This document shows positions 30,489 through 38,411 of a stretch of DNA of 64,000 bases, in pieces (the stretch's first letter is position 1; the number at the start of each line of letters is the position of its first letter). The translations under genes and the position numbers were made by a program. The notes below the pieces were generated by a model. It had not been told where the DNA came from and made no database searches. It saw only the letters and a program-made list of their open reading frames with translations. Origin of the DNA: a virus; the IMG/VR virus record IMGVR_UViG_3300036770_005754, positions 71,472 through 135,471 of that record. The stretch is one strand, 5' to 3'.

Positions 30489-31598
30489 TCACTTAAGATT
30501 AGAGTTAAGAAAGCTCTTTAACCTAATTACCTCTTGTGGTGTTATCTTCTTGATATTCGAATCGTGGATCTCTCTTACCTTATCAAATCCAGATACTTTT
30601 TGGCCTATTTCATTCCAGTCTTTCGTATATTTTATTTCTCCTCCTTCTTTATATTCCAATTTTGGCGGCATCGAATAATACAATGGGCAATTAAGCTGTT
30701 GTAACGCTTGTCTATTATTTATTATGCTGATGACACCAGCCTTGTCATTGTCAGGAGATAATATTATTCCCTTCTTCGGACCCAATAATTTTAATTTTTT
30801 AATCTGGTTGTGTGTTAAGTCAGCACCACCAGAAGCTAAACATTGCTCATATAATGTATTCTGGTCGAATATTGCTTCAGTTATTATTAAATATGAAGCT
30901 GGTTCGACACAATCGAAACCATAAAAGAAATCCCCTTTAGATCCATTAGTCTTGCCGATCACCTGGCCTTGTTTGTCATATATCTCTTTAGCCGGGAATT
31001 CAAACCGCTTATTGAGTCTCGATCGAGACTGCCAATACACTAAAGTATCGAATTCAAAATATGGCCAATATACGCTCATACCAAGATAGGCTAGTTCGGA
31101 TTTTTCTATTCGTTCGTCTGTATAGCCTCTAGATTTTAACCATTTTTTGAGCGAGGAAGGCTGAGTTCCGTCAGATGTCGATAATGGTTCCACTCCATCT
31201 GGTAAAGAGACAGCTATCTCTTTTGGTGTATCCTCAGGAATCCTGCTGGTGTATAGGTATGATGATAATCCTTCAGTAGTCCCCAACAATTCTTCTAATG
31301 CTTCTCTATACGAGCATTTGCGATAGGCTTTGACGAATTTTACTACCGAACAGTTTCTTTTTCCTGTTTTTGGGTTTATCGGGCCAGCCCATTCATCACC
31401 ATGCCATGAATGACATATGCCGTTTTCTGGGTTGATTCCGAATCTGAATTTTGTGTCGGCGTCAAATGGGTCACATATTTGGTATTCTAATCCATTGTTT
31501 CTGGTTTTATAAGTGAAGTTCTTTTCTATCCAGGCTATTATTTTGCCTGGTGGTATTTTCTTATATGTGGTCTTGTTTTTAAAGGCTTCGTATTTCAT
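30489..31598 (-). CDS. DnaG-type DNA primase-like protein (TOPRIM)
   Basis: Motifs WL.SRG, YWQSR, IITEAIFD and DNDKAG...KDWNE; the N-terminal Zn-binding domain is degenerate. Confidence 0.8.
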   Translation of the reverse strand: MKYEAFKNKTTYKKIPPGKIIAWIEKNFTYKTRNNGLEYQICDPFDADTKFRFGINPENGICHSWHGDEWAGPINPKTGKRNCSVVKFVKAYRKCSYREALEELLGTTEGLSSYLYTSRIPEDTPKEIAVSLPDGVEPLSTSDGTQPSSLKKWLKSRGYTDERIEKSELAYLGMSVYWPYFEFDTLVYWQSRSRLNKRFEFPAKEIYDKQGQVIGKTNGSKGDFFYGFDCVEPASYLIITEAIFDQNTLYEQCLASGGADLTHNQIKKLKLLGPKKGIILSPDNDKAGVISIINNRQALQQLNCPLYYSMPPKLEYKEGGEIKYTKDWNEIGQKVSGFDKVREIHDSNIKKITPQEVIRLKSFLNSNLK

Positions 31599-31651
31599 TT
31601 TCCTAAAATACGATTGAAAGTATTGTTAGTTTCTCTAGCCATTCTCTATAT

Positions 31652-32737
31652 CTAATATATATGCGGACGAATGAATAATCTTGTATATTTACCTACTAAG
31701 TCACTTTTCATTATGTTTTGTTCTGCTTCTGGCCACCTTCGTTCTAGAATATATATAGCATAGCGCACAGCAGACCAAGGGTCCTTCATTATTGTTGGCT
31801 CTGCCTCTGGCCATCTACGTTTAAGAACATAAATAGCGTAATCAAGGGCCAAAGCAGGGTTTTTCATTATTGTTGGTTCTGCTTCTGGCCATTCACGTTT
31901 AAGAACATGAATAGCATACCAGGCAGCGACATTAGGGTGCTTCATTATTGTTGGTTCTGCTTCAGGCCATTCACGTCCGAGAACAGAACGGGCATAATTA
32001 TAAGCAACCCAAGGGTGCTTTATAGCAGCATTCTTATAAATCTCACTATACTTATCCTTCATGAATAGACCAATATCAGGGACATAATCTGATAGTAAAT
32101 GGTAAACCTCCTCAGAAATCCTAAAAGACTTATTCCTAAAATCCATTAGCTGGTCAGACTCAACATGACACAAGTACTTCTCCCCATTAAGTAGGATGAA
32201 GTGCAAATCATCCTTACCAAGGTAATAATCTGCTTTCTCGACATTGACTGTACACCATTCTGATTTGTGGCTCATGTCACTGGCTATTTTAGCCGCTTTC
32301 CCAGTATCATCGATTCTCTTGACTTTTATTATTCTTAGTCCATTGTTATTGACTAGTATTTCTGAGTATGGTGGTTCTTCGATGCTCCAGTTCCTGCGGG
32401 ATTCTTGGAGTTTGCGATTGCTGGGTTTTGATGCCCTTAGCTCTTCAAATTCTATGAGGGCACTGTGTATTATCCTGGAGGTGTAGTTGAATATGTTCTT
32501 ATAGTTGGGGTTGTGTCTAGCTAGGATACTACTGTATCTGTTGTCTCTTATGTTATTATTGTAGATTTCTATTGAGTCTAGGATGTTGTTGATGTTTTCT
32601 CCGTTGTGGTATTCTTTGATTCCCCATTCTTGTTCGTGTGGTTTTAGTGGTTTTAGTCTGTTGGCTATTTCTGGGGGTATGTTGGTGTAGTCGATTTCTT
32701 CGGTGAGGGTTTTGGTTAGTATTTGGCAGAGCTTCAT
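31652..32737 (-). CDS. Repeat protein paralog 1 (conserved WCT-containing N-domain plus 4 WPEAE repeats of 26 aa)
   Basis: Near-identical to 32967-34070 and 34067-35377 over the N-terminal ~230 aa. Confidence 0.9.
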   Translation of the reverse strand: MKLCQILTKTLTEEIDYTNIPPEIANRLKPLKPHEQEWGIKEYHNGENINNILDSIEIYNNNIRDNRYSSILARHNPNYKNIFNYTSRIIHSALIEFEELRASKPSNRKLQESRRNWSIEEPPYSEILVNNNGLRIIKVKRIDDTGKAAKIASDMSHKSEWCTVNVEKADYYLGKDDLHFILLNGEKYLCHVESDQLMDFRNKSFRISEEVYHLLSDYVPDIGLFMKDKYSEIYKNAAIKHPWVAYNYARSVLGREWPEAEPTIMKHPNVAAWYAIHVLKREWPEAEPTIMKNPALALDYAIYVLKRRWPEAEPTIMKDPWSAVRYAIYILERRWPEAEQNIMKSDLVGKYTRLFIRPHIY

Positions 32738-32801
32738 ATGTTGAAGTGTTTCTTGTACGTGTTTGCGGCGTTATAGTCTCTCATTATGTTGGTTCTGCTT
32801 C
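32734..32801 (-). pseudogene. Detached 3' end of paralog 2 (EAEP/NIMRDYNAANTYKKHFNI*) with a 1-nt deletion
   Basis: Aligns to the 3' end of paralog 3 (from 34067), including the ATGA overlap with the next gene. Confidence 0.85.
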
Positions 32802-32978
32802 CAGTTCTATCTTTGTTCAGTGACTTAGTCAGCATACCTTTACTTTCTATCTGTTGGGAGATCCAGTAGTTGATACGCCAGAGCATCTAACATATCAACT
32901 ACCGGATAAGCCTTGGTCAGAGCGGTGGAACACCAGCACTCACGTGCTCTGGCTGACAAAGAATATCTATGGCGTATT
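32802..32978 (-). mobile_element. 177-bp structured insertion (MITE-like or RNA element) flanked by TGCTTC direct repeats
   Basis: TGCTTC at 32796-32801 and 32979-32984; subterminal inverted repeat at 32810-32820/32953-32962; 22-bp hairpin at 32861-32907; absent from the paralogous position in paralog 3. Confidence 0.7.
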
Positions 32979-34070
32979 TGCTTCAGGCCGCCTACGTTTA
33001 AGGACATGCATAGTATAATAGATAGCGGCCCCAGCGTTCTTCATTATGATTGGTTCTGCCTCGGGCCATCTACGTTTAAGAACGTGATGAGCATAATGGA
33101 CAGCGGCCCGGACGTCCTTCATTATGATTGGCTCTGCCTCGGGCCATTCACGTTCTAGAACGTGCTGAGCATAATAAACAGCGACCCGGACGTCCTTCAT
33201 TATGTTTGGTTCTGCCTCGGGCCATCTACGTTTAAGAACGTACTGAGCATAATAGACAGCAGCCCAAGGGTGCTTCATTATGATTGGCTCTGCTTCAGGC
33301 CATTCACGTTTAAGAACAGAATGGGCATAATTATAAGCAACCCAAGGATGCTTTATAGCAGCATTCTTATAAATCTCACTATACTTATCCTTCATGAATA
33401 AACCAATATCAGGGACATAATCTGATAGTAAATGGTAAACCTCCTCAGAAATCCTAAAAGACTCATTCCAGAAATCCATTAGTTGGTCAGACTCAGCATG
33501 ACATAAATACTTCTCACCATTAAGTAGGATGAAGTACAAATCATCCTTGCCAAGGTAATAATCTGCTTTCTCGACATTGACTGTACACCATTCGGTTTTG
33601 TGGCTCATGTCACTGGCTATTTTAGCAGCTTTACCAGTATCATCGATTCTCTTGACTTTTATTATTCTTAGTCTATTGTTATTGACTAGTATTTCTGAGT
33701 ATGGTGGTTCCTCGATACTCCAGTTCCTGCGGGATTCTTGGAGTTTGCGATTGCTGGGCTTTGGGGCTTTTAGTTCTTCAAATTCTATGAGGGCGCTGTG
33801 TATTATTCTGGAGGTGTAGTTGAATATGTTTTTATAGTTGGGGTTGTGTCTGACTAGGATTTTGCTGTATCTGTTGTCTCTGATGTTATCATTGTATATT
33901 TGTATTGAGTCTAGGATGTTGTTGATGTTTTCTCCGTTGTGGTATTCTTTGATTCCCCATTCTTGTTCGTGTTGTTTGAGTGGTTTTAGTCTTTCTACTA
34001 TTTCTGGGGGTATATTGGTGTAGTCGATTTCTTCGGTGAGGGTTTTGGTTAGTATTTGGCACAGTTTCAT
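32967..34070 (-). CDS. Repeat protein paralog 2 (4 full repeats, fifth truncated by the insertion)
   Basis: Ends RPEA-NTP* inside the inserted element. Confidence 0.88.
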   Translation of the reverse strand: MKLCQILTKTLTEEIDYTNIPPEIVERLKPLKQHEQEWGIKEYHNGENINNILDSIQIYNDNIRDNRYSKILVRHNPNYKNIFNYTSRIIHSALIEFEELKAPKPSNRKLQESRRNWSIEEPPYSEILVNNNRLRIIKVKRIDDTGKAAKIASDMSHKTEWCTVNVEKADYYLGKDDLYFILLNGEKYLCHAESDQLMDFWNESFRISEEVYHLLSDYVPDIGLFMKDKYSEIYKNAAIKHPWVAYNYAHSVLKREWPEAEPIIMKHPWAAVYYAQYVLKRRWPEAEPNIMKDVRVAVYYAQHVLEREWPEAEPIIMKDVRAAVHYAHHVLKRRWPEAEPIIMKNAGAAIYYTMHVLKRRRPEANTP

Positions 34071-35377
34071 ATGTTGAAGTGTTTCTTGTACGTGATTGCG
34101 GCGTTAGGGTCTTTCATTATGTTTGGTTCTGCTTCTGGCCATCTACGTTTAAGAACATGTATAGCGTAATCAAGGGCCCCTCCAGGGTTTTTTATTATGT
34201 TTGACTCTGCTTCTGGCCATCTACGTTTAAGAACATAAATAGCATAATTGGCAGCAACTGGAGGGTCCTTCATTATGATTGGCTCTGCTTCTGGCCACCC
34301 ACGTTCTAGAACATGAACAGCGTAATAATAGGCCGCCCCAGGGTCCTTCATTATGTATGGTTCTGCTTCTGGCCATTCACGTTTAAGAACATGATGGGCA
34401 TAATGGACAGCGACATTGTGATCCTTCATTATAATTGGCTCTGCTTCAGGCCATTCACGTCCTAGAATGCTATAAGCATAATCGCAAGCAGCCCCAGCGT
34501 CCTTCATTATGATTGGCTCGGCTTCTGGCCATTCACGTTCAAGAACATGAATAGCATAGATACTAGCGGCATTAGGTTCCTTAATTATTGTCGGTTCTGC
34601 TTCTGGCCATCTACGTTTAAGAACGTCAGCAGCATAATTGGCAGCGTCGATAGGATATTTAATCACAGTATTCTTATATATCTCGCTGCGATTATCCTCC
34701 ATGAAGAAACCAACATCAGGAACATAATCTGATAGTAGATGGTAAACCTCCTCAGAAATCCTAAAAGACTCATTCCAGAAATCCATTAGCTGGCCAGACA
34801 AAACATGACATAAATATTTCTCACCATCAAGCAGAATGAAGTACAGGTCATCCTTGCCAAGGTAGAAATTTGCTTTTTCGACATTGACTGTGCACCATTC
34901 TGACTTGTTGCTCATATCGCTGGCTATTTTAGCAGCTTTGCCAGTATCGTCGACTCTCTGTACTTTTATTATTCTTAACCTATCATTGTTGACTAGGATT
35001 TCTGAGTATGGTGGTTCTTCGATGCTCCAGTTCCTGCGGGATTCTTGGAGTTTGCGATTGCTGGGTTTTGGGGCCCTTAGCTCTTCAAATTCTGTGAGGG
35101 CACTGTGTATTATTCTGGAGGTGTAGTTGAATATGTTTTTATAGTTGGGGTTGTGTCTAGCTAGGATTTTGCTGTATCTATTGTCTCTGATATTATCATT
35201 ATATATGGCGATTGAGTCTAGGATGTTGTTGATTGTTTCTCCGTTGTGGTATTCTTTGATCCCCCATTCTTGTTCGTGTGGTTTGAGTGGTTTTAGTCTG
35301 TCTGCTATTTCGGGGGGTATGTTGGTGTAGTCAATTCCTTCGGTGAGGGTTCTGGTTAGTATTTGGCAGAGTTTCAT
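34067..35377 (-). CDS. Repeat protein paralog 3 (7 WPEAE repeats)
   Basis: Start set to MKLCQIL by homology with the paralogs; 78-bp periodicity at about 34080-34660. Confidence 0.9.
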   Translation of the reverse strand: MKLCQILTRTLTEGIDYTNIPPEIADRLKPLKPHEQEWGIKEYHNGETINNILDSIAIYNDNIRDNRYSKILARHNPNYKNIFNYTSRIIHSALTEFEELRAPKPSNRKLQESRRNWSIEEPPYSEILVNNDRLRIIKVQRVDDTGKAAKIASDMSNKSEWCTVNVEKANFYLGKDDLYFILLDGEKYLCHVLSGQLMDFWNESFRISEEVYHLLSDYVPDVGFFMEDNRSEIYKNTVIKYPIDAANYAADVLKRRWPEAEPTIIKEPNAASIYAIHVLEREWPEAEPIIMKDAGAACDYAYSILGREWPEAEPIIMKDHNVAVHYAHHVLKREWPEAEPYIMKDPGAAYYYAVHVLERGWPEAEPIIMKDPPVAANYAIYVLKRRWPEAESNIIKNPGGALDYAIHVLKRRWPEAEPNIMKDPNAAITYKKHFNI

Positions 35378-35391
35378 ATGTTTAAGGACTT

Positions 35392-35763
35392 CTATCTGAG
35401 AGAGACGGCCAAGCTTATAATAGAGACGATTAACGACCCAATTATTGATATGACCGCACTCCAGAACCCCCATTTACTGGAGATAGTTGAATCGTGTTCT
35501 TGTTCTCTTCTATATGCTGCGAATTCAGCATCTAGTGAATTGATATCTCTGATTATATTATTAAATTGTTCGTTATTTGGGTGGTATCTTAGTCTATCGT
35601 TGATCGTATCTCTTGTATTGCTTATTTCATCTTGTATGTATGATTGTATTTCTACACATCTGTCTTTCAACCTCTCGACAGCCATATTTAGACGCTCGAG
35701 TTCAGACAGTACTAGTCTTCTGTACTCGGCCCAATCATCAGTAGTTTCGTCTTTTCGGGTCAT
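35392..35763 (-). CDS. Coiled-coil protein with C-terminal TM helix (holin/XhlA-like)
   Basis: W.EYRRLVL.ELERL coiled coil followed by the hydrophobic tail WGFWSAVISIIGSLIVSIISLAV. Confidence 0.55.
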   Translation of the reverse strand: MTRKDETTDDWAEYRRLVLSELERLNMAVERLKDRCVEIQSYIQDEISNTRDTINDRLRYHPNNEQFNNIIRDINSLDAEFAAYRREQEHDSTISSKWGFWSAVISIIGSLIVSIISLAVSLR

Positions 35764-36232
35764 GTCTGTTCCCGCTTCTATACACCGAACTGAACCTGCT
35801 TTCAGCGTCTTTACACTTTGAACAGCTCAATGGTACCTGTCTTCCGATGGCATATGTTAATCCGTTTCTCCAAGATGTCGCGTTCCACTCTAACACTATA
35901 AAATCGTCTTCTCCAATGTTTGATTTAATGCGATATCTATTGTGAAAACGCACGATATCATGTTCTGACATGTATTCGAGAATGTCTCTTGTCTTTTCAA
36001 CGTCGTCCGGATGAACAAAGTCTATGAATGGTACGGATAGGAGTTCATCTTCCGACCATCCGAGAATTTTCTCCCATGATTTGTTGATCTTTTTAAGATA
36101 GCCGAGCCTATCTGCCACACAGCATAGATCAGGTGCAAAGTCGAAAAATTCGTCCTTTGTATTGTCCAATTCTACCGTCAAACGTCTTATTCTGTCCATC
36201 TGAGTTGGCGGAAATTCGATCGATTTCATCAT
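35738..36232 (-). CDS. Stand-alone PAS-domain protein
   Basis: FFD..PDL.CV.D..G....IN..W..ILGWSE.EL...PFIDFVHPDD...F.NRYR, a classic PAS signature. Confidence 0.88.
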   Translation of the reverse strand: MMKSIEFPPTQMDRIRRLTVELDNTKDEFFDFAPDLCCVADRLGYLKKINKSWEKILGWSEDELLSVPFIDFVHPDDVEKTRDILEYMSEHDIVRFHNRYRIKSNIGEDDFIVLEWNATSWRNGLTYAIGRQVPLSCSKCKDAESRFSSVYRSGNRHDPKRRNY

Positions 36233-36238
36233 TGTTCC

Positions 36239-37039
36239 TCATGAGATCGTGAAGATGAATTTTCTACTGACTCTCATAGAGCCATCCGGTAGAATTAGCT
36301 TTAACCAATATCTATATGTTCCCTTTAAAAATTTGTAAGTATCAAGGTCATACTGTATAACCCAAGGGTTCGATCTATATGACCCATGTCTAATTCCTAT
36401 TCTAGCCGGATTATCATTAACGAGTAGTTCACAGTGCTGTGTCTCTATGGAAATGTATGGTTTCAAGAATGGTATCATCGGATTGACTAAGTTGAAATTA
36501 TAATCATATAATGGGAGAGGCATTAAGCCCACCTCTAGTGGTCTAACTTCTGGAGAGTGAAATCTCTGATCTAGCGGTTCAAATGCGAATTTTATAGTCT
36601 GTAATGAATCGCTACAGAACCAACTATCAGGGTAGATCCAAAACCTGTGGCAACATTTTAATAATAACGGACTATTGGCTATATCATCTATATCGCAGCT
36701 CGTGTCTTCACATGGGTTGACGGCGAAATAGTACCAAAGATCGAAATAAACATCAGGTGCAGAGAAATCACTTGGTACGTGGTATAATAAATGATACTTG
36801 CCTGGTATAGTGTCTGAGTTAGTACCGTCGGACTCTTGGTACAATGGCAGCGGATAAGACTGGTCTTCGGGTGAAACGACCGGCACAGTCGACACCAAAT
36901 TATGAGGTGCAACGGATGTTTTGTATATTTCTACATATCGGATTGCGAATGGGTCTGATAAGACACCATTGTTATAAAAATCGACATTCAAGTCGACGAC
37001 ATTACCAAGGCGAGCAGATATTCGTGGGAATGTGTTCAT
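36239..37039 (-). CDS. Hypothetical virion-associated protein (beta-rich)
   Basis: 266 aa ORF with SD GAGG and a candidate late promoter. Confidence 0.7.
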   Translation of the reverse strand: MNTFPRISARLGNVVDLNVDFYNNGVLSDPFAIRYVEIYKTSVAPHNLVSTVPVVSPEDQSYPLPLYQESDGTNSDTIPGKYHLLYHVPSDFSAPDVYFDLWYYFAVNPCEDTSCDIDDIANSPLLLKCCHRFWIYPDSWFCSDSLQTIKFAFEPLDQRFHSPEVRPLEVGLMPLPLYDYNFNLVNPMIPFLKPYISIETQHCELLVNDNPARIGIRHGSYRSNPWVIQYDLDTYKFLKGTYRYWLKLILPDGSMRVSRKFIFTIS

Positions 37040-37046
37040 TAGAAAT

Positions 37047-37079
37047 CCTCAGCCGGTGTTATTCTATATTTGGCTGAGG
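37047..37079 (-). promoter_or_regulatory. RBS-occluding hairpin enclosing candidate late promoter CAAATATA
   Basis: Arms CCTCAGCC/GGCTGAGG; the SD GAGG lies in the downstream arm; motif at 37065-37072. Confidence 0.55.
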
Positions 37080-37115
37080 GGGCGATAATAGACCTCGTCT
37101 ACGAAATAGGCCGTG

Positions 37116-37292
37116 TTACTTTCTAGGCCCTCTCCTTGACATCGACCTTGATTGTTTTTCCTCTCTTTCTTTATTCTCCTGAATCTCTTTATTTAATCTC
37201 TTCATAAACCAGGCACGTTCTTCAGATGTCATTTGATTCTGTTCAAACAAACTCAGTTTACAATGGTACTTTAATTGGAACTGTTGCTCCAT
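37116..37292 (-). CDS. Baseplate hub assembly chaperone (gp51-like); possibly expressed as a frameshift fusion
   Basis: F.L.YH...SL.E...M...ER.WF..RL pattern, directly downstream of the gp26-like gene. Confidence 0.6.
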   Translation of the reverse strand: MEQQFQLKYHCKLSLFEQNQMTSEERAWFMKRLNKEIQENKEREEKQSRSMSRRGPRK

Positions 37293-37317
37293 TAAAGAAT
37301 TCCACGCACGCTCGTAT

Positions 37318-38358
37318 TCATGATCGCTTTGACGGGCGAAAAAAGTTTTCCGTAATCGGAAGCTCCACTGTATGTTCGCGATTGCAATCTGGACATTCAA
37401 CTATCACAGAATTGTCAATGCCTGGTGTATGTTCACGTAACCATTCACGAACTGTAGCAGTATCTTTAGCATGCATTTGCTGGACGAATTGTCTAATTTT
37501 GAAAGGATCAGTAGACCCCATCACACTAACTATAACCTTCTCCAGATTTTCGGTAACTGTATCGTCCAATTGCTGTGTCTGCTGTCTCTGAGCATTAATG
37601 TCAAGAGATCTCTGTTGGCCACGTGTTTTTACGCTACCACCAGGTCGAACTTTCAACTTCTCTTTCGTTTTCCTCTTTGCGAGCATGGCGTTCGCATCAT
37701 ATGCTCTCAAGAATCGAACGGAAACCCAGACATCATTTTTCACGGCAGCACTTAAGTACGGCAAATTAACTCGAAATGGTTCTTGACCAAGGGACGCCTT
37801 AGCCCAATTCACAGTCTTTGCCAGATCATTTAAATCATAAGCGTGTGTTGAGACAGCTTGGCATTCTTGGTTTGGGCAAGTAAATGCGAACTCGTAAACA
37901 TTACCATGCGTTATACCACGCAAGAAGTATAGTAAGAAAACGCGGTCGCCGAGCAGAAGATTAATAGGATCAAAACCATCCGGGAATTTGCAGCATTCTC
38001 TGAATAAGTAATCTATAGACTGTCCTGATTGGGCTAAACGTTGGGTCGCAAGAATCTTTTCAGCATTCAGATTCATGGCGCGAACTTTGACTAGCCCATC
38101 GTCCCACGCCCCGTCATAATAATAACCCTTACTCGGGAGATAACAATCTTCCCATGGTATCAACTGATCAGCTGGAAGCTGCAGAATCTTATCCAAAAAT
38201 TCTTCTGGGTTCTCACCCGGCGTTCTTATACCAGAGATATCGCCATAGTGCTCGGAGATATGATTAATATGTTTCTCTTGATTGTTCGTCGTTCGTGTGT
38301 CATCGCCGATGACTACTTCTTCGTTCAAATCTTCTGGAACCGTACCATCTGCGCTCAT
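37318..38358 (-). CDS. Baseplate hub assembly protein (gp26-like)
   Basis: LPSKG..Y, VRAM...EKIL, LL.GDR.FLL..LR....G..Y, two CxxC-type motifs and the ending LPI...FF.P. Confidence 0.75.
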   Translation of the reverse strand: MSADGTVPEDLNEEVVIGDDTRTTNNQEKHINHISEHYGDISGIRTPGENPEEFLDKILQLPADQLIPWEDCYLPSKGYYYDGAWDDGLVKVRAMNLNAEKILATQRLAQSGQSIDYLFRECCKFPDGFDPINLLLGDRVFLLYFLRGITHGNVYEFAFTCPNQECQAVSTHAYDLNDLAKTVNWAKASLGQEPFRVNLPYLSAAVKNDVWVSVRFLRAYDANAMLAKRKTKEKLKVRPGGSVKTRGQQRSLDINAQRQQTQQLDDTVTENLEKVIVSVMGSTDPFKIRQFVQQMHAKDTATVREWLREHTPGIDNSVIVECPDCNREHTVELPITENFFRPSKRS

Positions 38359-38411
38359 TTTATTTCCTATTTTGGTGGTTGTCGACTAGTGTAATCTATA
38401 TACTTATTAAA

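Noticed and set aside
32802-32978. Group I/II intron, hammerhead ribozyme or IS110 bridge RNA
   Set aside because: Too short for, and lacking the conserved cores of, group I/II introns; no CUGAnGA/GAAA hammerhead core in the right arrangement; no recombinase nearby, and a similar length alone is not evidence.
31652-35377. Diversity-generating retroelement acting on the repeat genes
   Set aside because: No reverse transcriptase in the window. Variable codons (GGG, TGG, CGG, CCA) and the differences between the 32734-32801 remnant and paralog 3 are not adenine-specific.
35378-35473. N-terminal extension of paralog 3 given in the ORF track
   Set aside because: It overlaps the upstream gene, and the paralogs define the start at MKLCQIL (35377).
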